From an uncultured Candidatus Saccharibacteria bacterium (GTDB lineage: Bacteria > Patescibacteriota > UBA1384 > XYA2-FULL-43-10 > 1-14-0-10-43-13): DNA of 64,000 nucleotides. Each line of letters opens with the position of its first letter. Position 1 is the stretch's first letter. Positions 9,829 to 18,687 of this stretch are shown here, in pieces. The translations under genes and the position numbers were made by a program. The notes under the pieces are model-generated. The model worked only from the letters and a program-made list of their open reading frames with translations, was not told where the DNA came from and did no database searches. Location of the stretch: the NCBI GenBank assembly GCA_964364265.1, contig CAYILA010000001.1, positions 6,808 to 70,807 of the forward strand, in the 5' to 3' direction.

Positions 9829-10016
9829 ATGAGAACAATAATATTGGCTTCAACATCGCCGCGGAGAATTGCCGGGGACACTTCTTCAAAAAGCATCTTG
9901 ATTTCGCGATAAAGTATGCATTAAAATATTCCGGTATCGATCCGGTTTTGCAAGAGTTAGCCGAGGGATGTATTAAAGAGATAAAAGCAGATTATAAAGA
10001 ATTCATAAAGGAGTAA
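9829..10016 (+). pseudogene. maf: remnant of maf (nucleoside triphosphate pyrophosphatase/septum formation protein), frameshifted N-terminal fragment
   Basis: After an AGGAAAGG RBS, ATG encodes MRTIILASTSPRR, the canonical Maf N-terminus (xxILASxSPRR), then stops after 27 codons. The overlapping frame continues with a Maf-like ...DPVLQELAEG.IKEIKA... segment. The reported 101-aa ORF 9711..10016 lies in that second frame. Confidence 0.4.
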
Positions 10017-10017
10017 G

Positions 10018-10422
10018 ATGCGAGAAGGTGAACTGCCACCAGAAAATAGTGATTGGGAAAAGAATATTTTTCAAGAACTTGGTCGGGATATCGAGCAGGG
10101 TAATATTTATCTCAAAGAAACCAATATAAGATTAAGTGAAGCCTTGAAAGATTTGCAAGCAGCAGAAAACCAACTTGCTGTGTATCTTGATGGGAACTCT
10201 TTCGCTGCGGATAATCAATTGAAACCGATGGCGACCAAGGAGGAGATTGAAGAATTGGACCAGAATATTTCCGGAATGAGGAATGAAGTCAAAATATATA
10301 GCAAATTACAAGATGACTTGATTTCAACGATAGATCGAATCCAGGAAGCGGACAGAAAGCTTCTTGATTCTTTGTTGCATGCACCAGCTCCGGAAGACAA
10401 TCCGGATGATAATATCAAATAG
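10018..10422 (+). CDS. hypothetical coiled-coil protein
   Basis: An ORF whose start abuts the upstream stop. It is charged and Q/E/L-rich with heptad-like segments. Confidence 0.4.
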   Translation: MREGELPPENSDWEKNIFQELGRDIEQGNIYLKETNIRLSEALKDLQAAENQLAVYLDGNSFAADNQLKPMATKEEIEELDQNISGMRNEVKIYSKLQDDLISTIDRIQEADRKLLDSLLHAPAPEDNPDDNIK

Positions 10423-10440
10423 CAAGCTAATAATTAAACC

Positions 10441-10465
10441 AATGTACACTTCCAAGGTGTACATT
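10441..10465. promoter_or_regulatory. perfect 9-bp inverted repeat AATGTACAC-N7-GTGTACATT directly upstream of nfo (operator or terminator hairpin)
   Basis: Seen directly in sequence. No T-run follows it, and it lies 22 bp upstream of the nfo RBS. Confidence 0.4.
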
Positions 10466-10486
10466 GGGCAAATGAGAGAGGTTGGA

Positions 10487-11317
10487 ATGAAATTTGGGGC
10501 ACATATATCGAGTGCGGCGCCATTCAGTGAAACTATTAATAGGGCAGTCAAAGAAAAATGCGAATGCATGCAGATTTTTGTGAATCTGCCCCAACGTTGG
10601 AACCCGCTTGAGATTCCGGAAAAAGAGATTGAAAAATTTATTGAGAACAATAAGAAAGCAAAGATTGAACCGATTATTATCCACAGTATTTATCTGATCA
10701 ATTTGGCTTCCTCTAATCCATTTTTCTATCAGGCGTCCCAGAAATCATTGATCGATGATATGAAAAAGGCTAAAGCGATCGGAGCATTGGGTGTGAATAC
10801 CCATCTTGGTTCGACAAAAGAGCGGGACCTGAAGGATTGCATCGATCAAATTGTCCAAGCGATTGAAAATATCTTAACTGTGGTGCCGGAAGGTCCGGAT
10901 TTCATTATCGAAAACTCGGCCGGCGCCGGCAATATTATCGGTGACACGCTGGAAGAGATCGGCCAGATTGTCAAAGCGACCAATTCGGAGCGGGTAAAAG
11001 TCCTGATTGACACCGCCCATGCCTTCGCCTCCGGTTACGATATTCGGTCAAGGGTGGGGGTTGACGATTTTGTTAAAAAATTCGACAAAGAAATCGGACT
11101 GGAAAAATTGGTTGGACTTCACTTGAATGATTCGGCTTCGATTAAGAATTCCCATCGCGACCGCCACGCCGACATCGGCGAAGGCGGGTTGGGGATTGGA
11201 GCGTTCAAATTGATGATAAATCATCCGAAATTAAAAGATTTATTTGGAATTATCGAGACGCCGAGCATGAAGGGGAAAGGCGGAGTTGATAATTTGACGA
11301 TACTGCGTTCATTATAA
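10487..11317 (+). CDS. nfo: endonuclease IV (AP endonuclease family 2)
   Basis: A TIM-barrel AP-endonuclease pattern: MKFGAHIS..., IHSIYLINL, HLGS, ENSAG, IDTAHAFASGYD, HLNDS and RDRHADIGEGGLGIGAF. A GAGAGG RBS precedes the ATG at 10487. The longer ORF from 10364 is probably a 5' over-extension. Confidence 0.8.
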   Translation: MKFGAHISSAAPFSETINRAVKEKCECMQIFVNLPQRWNPLEIPEKEIEKFIENNKKAKIEPIIIHSIYLINLASSNPFFYQASQKSLIDDMKKAKAIGALGVNTHLGSTKERDLKDCIDQIVQAIENILTVVPEGPDFIIENSAGAGNIIGDTLEEIGQIVKATNSERVKVLIDTAHAFASGYDIRSRVGVDDFVKKFDKEIGLEKLVGLHLNDSASIKNSHRDRHADIGEGGLGIGAFKLMINHPKLKDLFGIIETPSMKGKGGVDNLTILRSL

Positions 11318-11437
11318 ACCACTTTTAGTTGACCGAAGTTAAAATTCTTGGGATAATTTAGTTGATACGACTCAATGGAGAGAAACCATTGGGGAAGATA
11401 AAATGGTGGATGATCTCTCCAGCCGTTTTTTCGCTGT

Positions 11438-12691
11438 TTGGGCATCGGATTTATAAAGAAGAGGGAAATTATGAAGAAGATTAAAATTTTGGTCTTTGCG
11501 GGGTTGATTTTTACAGCTTGTCTCGCATTTAATATCAGAGCTTACGCTCAATCCGCAAGTCGGCAGGTCACTATCTCGGTTGAAGTTGTGCCTCTTGAAG
11601 AAACCGTTCCGGCGCCGGGGGGGACCAGCGAAGAGAATGAGCCGACAATAGAAAAAATCATAAACGGTATTACCGATATTATTAATACAATTACCAATAA
11701 TCCCGAAGAAACCCCCAGCCTGCTCCGGACTGCTTTGACTTATATCGGTATTAAGAAAGAACAATCGAGTCCGACTTCATTAGCGATAACGACATTGGCG
11801 ACCGCGGCGATTTTGCCGGCCGCCTCCCTGATCAATGCTTCTACCCTGTTTTCTTTTTCGGAGTATCTGAAGATGATTTGGCTGCAACTGTTGTCGCTCT
11901 TCGGGGTGAAAAAGAAAAAAGGCAAGAGCTGGGGGAAGATTACCGAGTCGAACAGCGATATGCCGATTCCGCAAGCCAAAATCGATCTTTTCACTTTGGC
12001 TCCCGAGGGCGGTAAAAAGTTGTATGCCACTACCTATACCGACCGGACCGGATCGTATGGTTTTATCGCCGAACCGGGCAAGTATGTTATCGAAGTGACA
12101 AAGGGAGATTATAAACTCATGACTCCGGAATCAAACAGAACAATTGAGATTAAGACGGAAAAAGAGGGTTTTGTCAGTCCGCAAATTGTAATGGCGATGG
12201 GCGAAGACAAGCTAAAGAAGAAATTGAGGATAATAAATACCATCAACTATTTAGAGAAAGTCCTTCGAATGGTTTCAATCCTGTTTATCATTATCGGTAC
12301 GATTTTGGCGTTGGATGATTTATTTCAAGGAAAAGATTTCAAAGGATTTATTGTCGCCGGTACATACATTTTGATGTGGCTTCTCGTTTGGAATATTTCA
12401 ACAAGGAAATCGCCTTGGGGGAGCGTTTCGGAGCAGACCTCGGCTAAACCGATATCGCTCGCTTTGGTCAGAATTATGGATAAAAAAGACAGCAAAAAAC
12501 TTGTTCAAACGAGTATCTCAAACCAATCCGGAAAGTTTTCGGCGGTCGTGAAAAAAGGCGATTATAAAGTTGTGGTGGCTAAACCGGAGTATGAATTAAT
12601 CAGGCCGCATTTCTTCTCGACCAGAAAGAATGTCGGAGCTCTAAATCTTGATATTGTCTTAAAACACCATGCTTGGAGTAAAAGCTATTAA
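11438..12691 (+). CDS. hypothetical secreted/membrane protein with two carboxypeptidase-regulatory-like beta-sandwich segments
   Basis: A signal peptide, central TM segments and two KGDYK..V segments (GKYVIEVTKGDYKL and VVKKGDYKVVVAKPEY). Confidence 0.4.
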   Translation: MGIGFIKKREIMKKIKILVFAGLIFTACLAFNIRAYAQSASRQVTISVEVVPLEETVPAPGGTSEENEPTIEKIINGITDIINTITNNPEETPSLLRTALTYIGIKKEQSSPTSLAITTLATAAILPAASLINASTLFSFSEYLKMIWLQLLSLFGVKKKKGKSWGKITESNSDMPIPQAKIDLFTLAPEGGKKLYATTYTDRTGSYGFIAEPGKYVIEVTKGDYKLMTPESNRTIEIKTEKEGFVSPQIVMAMGEDKLKKKLRIINTINYLEKVLRMVSILFIIIGTILALDDLFQGKDFKGFIVAGTYILMWLLVWNISTRKSPWGSVSEQTSAKPISLALVRIMDKKDSKKLVQTSISNQSGKFSAVVKKGDYKVVVAKPEYELIRPHFFSTRKNVGALNLDIVLKHHAWSKSY

Positions 12692-12751
12692 AGTCATTAC
12701 TTGTTCTGGAATAAATGGATAAAAGGTGCTAGAATCGGCCGATAGAATCTA

Positions 12752-14542
12752 ATGAATTGTTTTATGAATAAAAACATAAGAAATTTTTGCATTATTGCGC
12801 ATATTAACCACGGAAAATCGACCCTAGCCGATAGAATGTTGGAGTTGACCAGTACGATTGAAAAACGGGATATGAAAGAGCAGCTTTTAGACCAGATGGA
12901 TATTGAGCGGGAGCGGGGCATCACCATCAAATTGGCGCCGGTTCGAATGAAGTGGAAAGAATATTTTCTGAACCTGATTGACACTCCGGGCCATGTTGAT
13001 TTCGCCTATGAGGTTTCAAGGTCTTTAGCCGCGGTTGAGGGGGCGATTTTATTAGTTGATGCGACACAGGGAATCGAAGCCCAGACATTATCGACACTGT
13101 ATGCCGCCATGGAGCATGATCTAAAAATAATTCCGGTTGTGAATAAAATCGATCTCCCGGCGGCCAGAACCGAGGATGTGGCGGCCGAAATCGTTTCGGT
13201 TTTAGGGTGTTCTCCGGAAGAAATTCTTTACGCCTCCGGCAAGACCGGAGAGGGTGTCGAAAAAATATTAAATCGGATTGTTGAGATTGTCACTCCCCCA
13301 GTAGGAGAAGAGGAAGATAAGTTAAAAGCACTAATTTTTGATTCGGTTTACGATCCATACAGGGGAGTGGTTTCCTTTGTCCGGATTTTTTCCGGCGCAA
13401 TTTCGAATCATGATAAATTTTCGCTGATGCAGACGGGGAGCGAGGGAGAAGTTTTGGAATCAGGATATTTTTCACCGAAATTTGTGCCCCACTCTCCCCT
13501 CTTGGCCGGAGAGATCGGCTATATCGTAACCGGATTTAAAAATGTGGCCGAGGCGCATGTCGGCGACACAATCACTTTAACCGAAAAAGCGGCTGATTCT
13601 CCCCTACCCGGTTACAAAAAAGTTTTGCCTTTGGTTTTTGCTTCAATTTTTTGTGCCGACGGAGCTGACTACCCCGAACTAAAAGAAGCGATTGAAAAAT
13701 TAAAATTAAATGACGCTTCCCTGTCCTACGATCCGGAGCACTCCGACGCTTTGGGTTTTGGATTCCGCTGCGGATTCCTTGGCCTTTTGCATATGGATAT
13801 TGTCAGGGAGCGGTTGGAGCGCGAGTATAATTTGTCGCTTGTCGTTTCGAGCCCGACTGTAAAGTATTTAATTATCAAAAATGATGGTACGAGGCAGGAA
13901 ATCAGTCGCCCCTCCGATTTTCCGGTTTCCGGAAGTTTCAAAGAGATTGAGGAACCCTTTGTTTCGTTGGAAATATTCTCGCCCAAGGATTATGTCGGAG
14001 ATCTAATGACTTTGGTCCAAGCCAAACGCTCAACATTTATCAATATGGAATATCTAGACGAGGAGAGAGTAATTTTGAAATATGAGATTCCTTTGGCGGA
14101 AGTAATTATTGATCTATATGATTCAATCAAGAGCGTTTCGAAGGGCTATGCCTCGATGAATTATGAGGTCCTAAATTACCGTCTGGCGGATTTAGAAAAA
14201 GTTGATATCTACATTTCGGAGGAGAAAGTTGATGCCCTCTCGTTCATCACTCACAAATCAAAAGCATATTCGGAGGGAAAAAGAATCGCCGAGAGACTAA
14301 AAGAGCTAATACCTAGACAAAATTTTGAGGTTAAAATTCAAGCTATGATTGGAGCTCAGATTATTGCATCCGAGCGAATCTCACCATTTCGAAAAGACGT
14401 CACAGCCAAACTCTACGGTGGTGATGTGACCAGGAAAAATAAGCTCTTGGAGAAGCAGAAGAAGGGTAAAAAGAAGATGAAATCAATCGGAAAAGTGGAA
14501 ATGCCCTCCGATGTCTTTGTAAAAGTGCTTAGAAATGAATAA
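12752..14542 (+). CDS. lepA: translation elongation factor 4 (LepA)
   Basis: The G1 motif AHINHGKST, DTPGHVDF, NKID and the LepA-specific C-terminal domain. The C-terminal K-rich tail is unusual. Confidence 0.95.
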   Translation: MNCFMNKNIRNFCIIAHINHGKSTLADRMLELTSTIEKRDMKEQLLDQMDIERERGITIKLAPVRMKWKEYFLNLIDTPGHVDFAYEVSRSLAAVEGAILLVDATQGIEAQTLSTLYAAMEHDLKIIPVVNKIDLPAARTEDVAAEIVSVLGCSPEEILYASGKTGEGVEKILNRIVEIVTPPVGEEEDKLKALIFDSVYDPYRGVVSFVRIFSGAISNHDKFSLMQTGSEGEVLESGYFSPKFVPHSPLLAGEIGYIVTGFKNVAEAHVGDTITLTEKAADSPLPGYKKVLPLVFASIFCADGADYPELKEAIEKLKLNDASLSYDPEHSDALGFGFRCGFLGLLHMDIVRERLEREYNLSLVVSSPTVKYLIIKNDGTRQEISRPSDFPVSGSFKEIEEPFVSLEIFSPKDYVGDLMTLVQAKRSTFINMEYLDEERVILKYEIPLAEVIIDLYDSIKSVSKGYASMNYEVLNYRLADLEKVDIYISEEKVDALSFITHKSKAYSEGKRIAERLKELIPRQNFEVKIQAMIGAQIIASERISPFRKDVTAKLYGGDVTRKNKLLEKQKKGKKKMKSIGKVEMPSDVFVKVLRNE

Positions 14543-14666
14543 AACAATAACCTTAAATCCAGCCTACGAGGTTGGATTTTGGGATGTTAGTTTTACTAAA
14601 CGCCGAAAATGGTTTAAATTAAATAGAGAATTTTGAAAATAGATCATAAAAATCAAAGGTAATTTT

Positions 14667-15584
14667 ATGTATAAATACCACAAACCAACCCCGATTGTTG
14701 TTAAGCTGAACGATGATTTTGGCTTTTCAGTCAGAGAGAGGGCTGCGATCCATTTAAAAAACAATATAAACAAAAAAGGAGCAGAGCGGGGAAAGGTCAA
14801 TCAACAGGGATTTGGGTTATTGGCAGAGATGGTCATTAGAAGTTTAATAAATATGCCAGAAATTAATAATGAGAACCATCCGTTAGCATATGATATCTTA
14901 CTGCCAACCGGTGTTAAACTTGACATAAAATGTCGAGGCGGGTCGTTGCCATTTAGGGAGGAGTATGAAAGCGATGACGGTATTAACCGAGAAGCCAAAC
15001 ACAACTTTTTTGCTCGACAAATTTATGATGATAGCCTGGACACAGATATTTATCTTATGTCTCATCTTGAAACCCCTAAAAAGGATGAATTGCCCGGCAC
15101 AAAACGACAAAAAAAGTGGATTTTATATATTTGTGGATGGGTGTCAAAAAAAAGGGTAATTCGCGAAGGGGTGTACTTGCCGAGGAAGTCCATTACGGAG
15201 AGAGGTAACGAGTGGTTTTGTTATCGTGGACAGGAAATAGAATACTATCATCGGAATCTTAATGGTTTACAGAATCTGAAAGACATATTGAAAATAGATA
15301 AAAATGATGTGCTTGATGATGGAAACAAGGTTGGAGACCTTAATATGACTTCTGTCGATGCAATTAGGGCTTGTTATGATTTGATGGGGCGTGGTGTTCT
15401 TGAGAAAGAGGCTCTTGATTATGTAAAATCTCGGGTGAAGATTGAGAAAAATGTTAAACCGATCTTGAGCATTAACCAGTATTATCATCTTCTTGGATGG
15501 CTTAAAGAAAATGGGAAAGCAACAGAAGTAGAAGTTAAGAAACTGCAAAAACTGTTCCCTGAGATCGATTATACGGGAATTTAA
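14667..15584 (+). CDS. hypothetical protein with a PD-(D/E)xK-like motif; candidate type II restriction endonuclease partnered with the adjacent MTase
   Basis: AYDILLPTGVKLDIKCRGG gives D...(D/E)xK spacing. It converges on the DNA methyltransferase with a 5-bp gap, and the local GC content is much lower than in flanking housekeeping genes. Confidence 0.4.
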   Translation: MYKYHKPTPIVVKLNDDFGFSVRERAAIHLKNNINKKGAERGKVNQQGFGLLAEMVIRSLINMPEINNENHPLAYDILLPTGVKLDIKCRGGSLPFREEYESDDGINREAKHNFFARQIYDDSLDTDIYLMSHLETPKKDELPGTKRQKKWILYICGWVSKKRVIREGVYLPRKSITERGNEWFCYRGQEIEYYHRNLNGLQNLKDILKIDKNDVLDDGNKVGDLNMTSVDAIRACYDLMGRGVLEKEALDYVKSRVKIEKNVKPILSINQYYHLLGWLKENGKATEVEVKKLQKLFPEIDYTGI

Positions 15585-15589
15585 AATAT

Positions 15590-16627
15590 CTAAAAAAGAA
15601 CCTGTTCTTCACTGCTCATTTTATTTAACACTTGTTCTATTCTTTGATTACAAACATCCAAATAGTCGACTTTTGTGTTTTTGTGTAAGTAAGTTTCCTT
15701 ATTCTTTTCAATACCTATAAACTTTCTATTTTCTAGAATCGCAGAGACCAAAAAACTACCACTTCCACATGCGTTATCTAAAACTATGTCGCCGGGTCGT
15801 GTATGTGTTTTTATTAAATACCTACCAAGCTCAACGGGTTTTTGTGTTGGGTGGTATATCTTTCCTTCACTTTCAGCTGTCTTAAAGTAAATAACATCGT
15901 TAGGATATCGGTCGCCATTGCTTTTAACTTCAACTGGGTTAAATGTACCGTAGCTTCCGGTTAATTGGTTTTTCCTAAAACCTTTATTGAAAGGTAACCC
16001 GGGGGACATTTGAGGATTGTATAAAGGCTGTTTCTTATAAAATATACAGATGTCTTCGTGCTTCCTCAATGGTTGCTTTTTGGCATTTAAAAAATTTGTA
16101 GATTTTGATTTAACCCAAACAAGTTTGTACTTAAATAAGTCTGGTTCAGATAAAATTAGAGCTGCTGTAAAAACGCCATGAGCGGTTAGAGCTATTACTC
16201 CTCTATCCTTAATTATCCTTTCGTATTGATTCCAGAGCTTGTTTAGGGGGATTACGCTGTCCCAACTGTTTTGGGTGGTTCCGTATGGCAAATCGCATAA
16301 TATCATATCAATCGATTTGTCAGGTAGACGTGGCATTACATCCAAACAGTCACCCTCAAGGACTTTATTAGTAAATTGAGTAATATCGGTATGGGTTCGT
16401 GTGACAACAGGAACTGTGCTCATTACTTCTGATTGGGAATTATTTAGTAAGTTAAGGATTGATTCTCCTTTAAATCTGCGCAAACCGTTTATTTTGATAG
16501 ATGCTATCTTATTCTCGGACACATATCTTTTTATGGTGATTTGCGAGACTTTTAGAAAATCTGCAATTTCTTCTGTCGTATAGATCTGATTATGAATGAT
16601 GTTCATTTCCTCTCCTAATTGTATCAA
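15590..16627 (-). CDS. DNA methyltransferase (beta-class N4-C/N6-A amino-MTase) with N-terminal HTH domain
   Basis: Motif IV DLPYG (DPPY-type) precedes motif I LDNACGSGS. The N-terminus TTEEIADFLKVSQITIKRYV resembles an excisionase/MerR-type HTH. Confidence 0.8.
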   Translation of the reverse strand: MIQLGEEMNIIHNQIYTTEEIADFLKVSQITIKRYVSENKIASIKINGLRRFKGESILNLLNNSQSEVMSTVPVVTRTHTDITQFTNKVLEGDCLDVMPRLPDKSIDMILCDLPYGTTQNSWDSVIPLNKLWNQYERIIKDRGVIALTAHGVFTAALILSEPDLFKYKLVWVKSKSTNFLNAKKQPLRKHEDICIFYKKQPLYNPQMSPGLPFNKGFRKNQLTGSYGTFNPVEVKSNGDRYPNDVIYFKTAESEGKIYHPTQKPVELGRYLIKTHTRPGDIVLDNACGSGSFLVSAILENRKFIGIEKNKETYLHKNTKVDYLDVCNQRIEQVLNKMSSEEQVLF

Positions 16628-16863
16628 TTGGTATCATAATATATCATTCAGTTTTATGTGTCATGTTGATAACTTCGTACAAAAAACGAACACCTAGTTA
16701 TTAACTCCCATAACTGAAAAGCACTAAATTATATAAGAAAATTAAATTTTAGTAAAAACAGTACGAGTTGCGAATTGTTTTTTAACAGTATAAGGAAGTA
16801 AAATAAATATGAATAACATGAATATAATAAGACATAATGAACTATTGACATAACTAAATTGGT

Positions 16864-17292
16864 GTGATAATTGTGGTATATAAGTTTAAAAAACGGAGAA
16901 AAATGTCGAACTACAATTTTGTAAAATTCGAGTCTAGAAATGTTAAGACGGAGGATCGTATTACTGTCACAAAGTCGCAGTCAATCGGTCTACCGACAAA
17001 ATTTTATACTGACAACAATATTGTAGGATATAAATATGCAGTGTTGTATTATGACAAAGAAACAAACGCAATAGGCATTAATTTCACAAACGATGAAAAT
17101 GAGAAGAATGGTTTTTCGATTGTCAAATCTGAAAAATATGGTGGCAATATTGTATCAAGAAGCTTTTTTAAGGCTCACAATATTGATACAGAGAAATACC
17201 ACAACAGATATAATTGGAGAATATACGAGCAGGAAAATGCGGGAAAGCTTTATGTGATTGAACTTGACAATCCAAAATTAATAAACAATTAA
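16864..17292 (+). CDS. hypothetical protein, possible AbrB/SpoVT-like swapped-hairpin DNA-binding domain
   Basis: RITVTKSQSIGLPTKFYTDNNIVG resembles the AbrB/MazE pattern vtvtkkgqitiPkei. The gene lies in an AT-rich island. The start may be at 16903 (MSNYNF). Confidence 0.35.
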   Translation: MIIVVYKFKKRRKMSNYNFVKFESRNVKTEDRITVTKSQSIGLPTKFYTDNNIVGYKYAVLYYDKETNAIGINFTNDENEKNGFSIVKSEKYGGNIVSRSFFKAHNIDTEKYHNRYNWRIYEQENAGKLYVIELDNPKLINN

Positions 17293-17325
17293 TTACAATC
17301 AGGAGGTGGATATGTATCCAACATA

Positions 17326-17382
17326 AAAAGCAGAGCGTAAACTCCGAGGCTTCCAACCCGGGTGGTTTCTTCTCTGCTTTTG
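17326..17382 (+). terminator. hairpin aaagcagag...ctctgcttt (9-bp stem, long loop) followed by a T-rich stretch
   Basis: Complementary arms seen directly. It lies downstream of the 16864 gene. Confidence 0.4.
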
Positions 17383-17475
17383 TAATTACATCTTATGATA
17401 GCGAAGATGTAGTGTCAATTGCAGAGTGCTTCAATTTCAACGATTTACTTGTGCTATCTTTAATAAAGGAAAAAT

Positions 17476-17784
17476 ATGTTCAGATCAACAACAAAAACCA
17501 AGCATGACCAAGCAGTATTAATCGAGGCAAATAAATATTATTCAGCGGGTTATACAGTTACGGCCGATCATAATGTTTTCTATCCTCAACCTTCCAAAAT
17601 CGGTGACTTTATTCCCGATGTTTACGCAAAACGTGTTGTCTTGGGCACTTTAGTTGAAATCGTACTTGAAGTGGAGACGTTTGATTCAGTTTTATCTGAT
17701 GAGGCCAACAAACAGGCGATTGCATTCAGATTTTGGGTAAATCAATATCCCGAGAGAAGGAACTTTAAACAAGTTGTTGTTTAG
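17476..17784 (+). CDS. hypothetical protein
   Basis: An ORF preceded by an AAAGGAAAAA RBS-like stretch. No motif recognised. Confidence 0.4.
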   Translation: MFRSTTKTKHDQAVLIEANKYYSAGYTVTADHNVFYPQPSKIGDFIPDVYAKRVVLGTLVEIVLEVETFDSVLSDEANKQAIAFRFWVNQYPERRNFKQVVV

Positions 17785-17834
17785 TGTGATCCTAGAACAA
17801 AAAAGTCCGGCTGGAAATAAGCTGGACTTTTTTC

Positions 17835-17909
17835 TGGTGGATCGCCTGGGACTCGAACCCAGAACCAATGGCTTAAAAGGCCACTGCTCTACCATTGAGC
17901 TAGCGATCC
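17835..17909 (-). tRNA. tRNA-Lys (anticodon TTT)
   Basis: The reverse complement ggatcgc ta gctc aatggta gagc a gtggc cTTTTaa gccat tggtt ctggg ttcgagt cccag gcgatcc a cca folds as a cloverleaf. Confidence 0.85.
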
Positions 17910-17983
17910 ATTATTTAATTATTAGTCTCGCTAGCGGTATTAAGTAACCATTGTCAGCCCGAGGCTGATCGGCCTAGGGCCGA

Positions 17984-18045
17984 AGCTAGCGATCCATATT
18001 TATATTTTAATGTTGTTAGCCCCCTAGGGGCTAGCGATCCAAAAA
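17984..18045 (-). repeat. two extra copies of the first 11-12 nt of tRNA-Lys (TGGATCGCTAGC), each fused to a GC-rich palindrome, upstream of the tRNA
   Basis: gctagcgatcca occurs at 17899-17910 (the real tRNA 5' end), 17986-17997 and 18031-18042. The adjacent palindromes are agccccctaggggct, ggccctaggcc and cagcctcgggctg. Confidence 0.6.
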
Positions 18046-18091
18046 GACAAAGCCAATTGTACTATTTTTTACCTCCAAAGTCAATCATCGA

Positions 18092-18667
18092 TTAGCGGCT
18101 TTTTTTGAGGTTAAGTACAACGAGAGAGATCGGAGGGATAATAATTAGAAGTGTTTTGTATTGGAATATAATCCGAACTACCTTTGAAACTTCCAGAATG
18201 TGCGTCCTCGTGGCTTCGGGCAGAAAGCCGACGATGGAAGCGATAATCAGAGCCATTGCCAATCCTGAATATATTATGACCTCGAAGGGAGAGATGTCAC
18301 CCTCGCGTCTGTTCGATGAGTTAATGGCGGCGGTAATGGCCAGAATTGAACCAACGAACAGTACGATTGTAATGGTTGAAACCGAGACATTCGAGCGAAT
18401 CCAGAGCTGGTTGGCGATAGTGGCATTGCCGTTGAAAAAATCGAAAACAGTTTTCGATAAACTTTCCGAGATAACGAGACCCATATATACCGAACAAAGA
18501 GTGGTGATTGTCTTATCCCGCCTAAGAATAAAACCATAGGCAATACCAACAAAAAAGGCAAGCCCAATAAAAACATCCCAAGTGGGAAGCGGCATCGTAA
18601 CCCTCCAACTAGAAAAGACATCTCCATTATCGTAGATTTGGGGTAGTTTGTAAAGTTTATAACACAA
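18092..18667 (-). CDS. polytopic membrane protein (hypothetical)
   Basis: It has 4-5 hydrophobic helices. It is preferred over the overlapping + strand ORF 18105..18539, which has no such features. The start may be at the internal MPLPTWDVF. Confidence 0.5.
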   Translation of the reverse strand: MCYKLYKLPQIYDNGDVFSSWRVTMPLPTWDVFIGLAFFVGIAYGFILRRDKTITTLCSVYMGLVISESLSKTVFDFFNGNATIANQLWIRSNVSVSTITIVLFVGSILAITAAINSSNRREGDISPFEVIIYSGLAMALIIASIVGFLPEATRTHILEVSKVVRIIFQYKTLLIIIPPISLVVLNLKKSR

Positions 18668-18687
18668 CGAGTTCGCAAATTTCTGAA

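Noticed and set aside
9711-10016. 101-aa ORF as a genuine gene
   Set aside because: It overlaps the GIY-YIG gene and its right inverted repeat. It is better explained as the second frame of a frameshifted maf remnant.
18105-18539. plus-strand 144-aa ORF
   Set aside because: The overlapping minus-strand ORF encodes a convincing polytopic membrane protein. The plus-strand product has no features.
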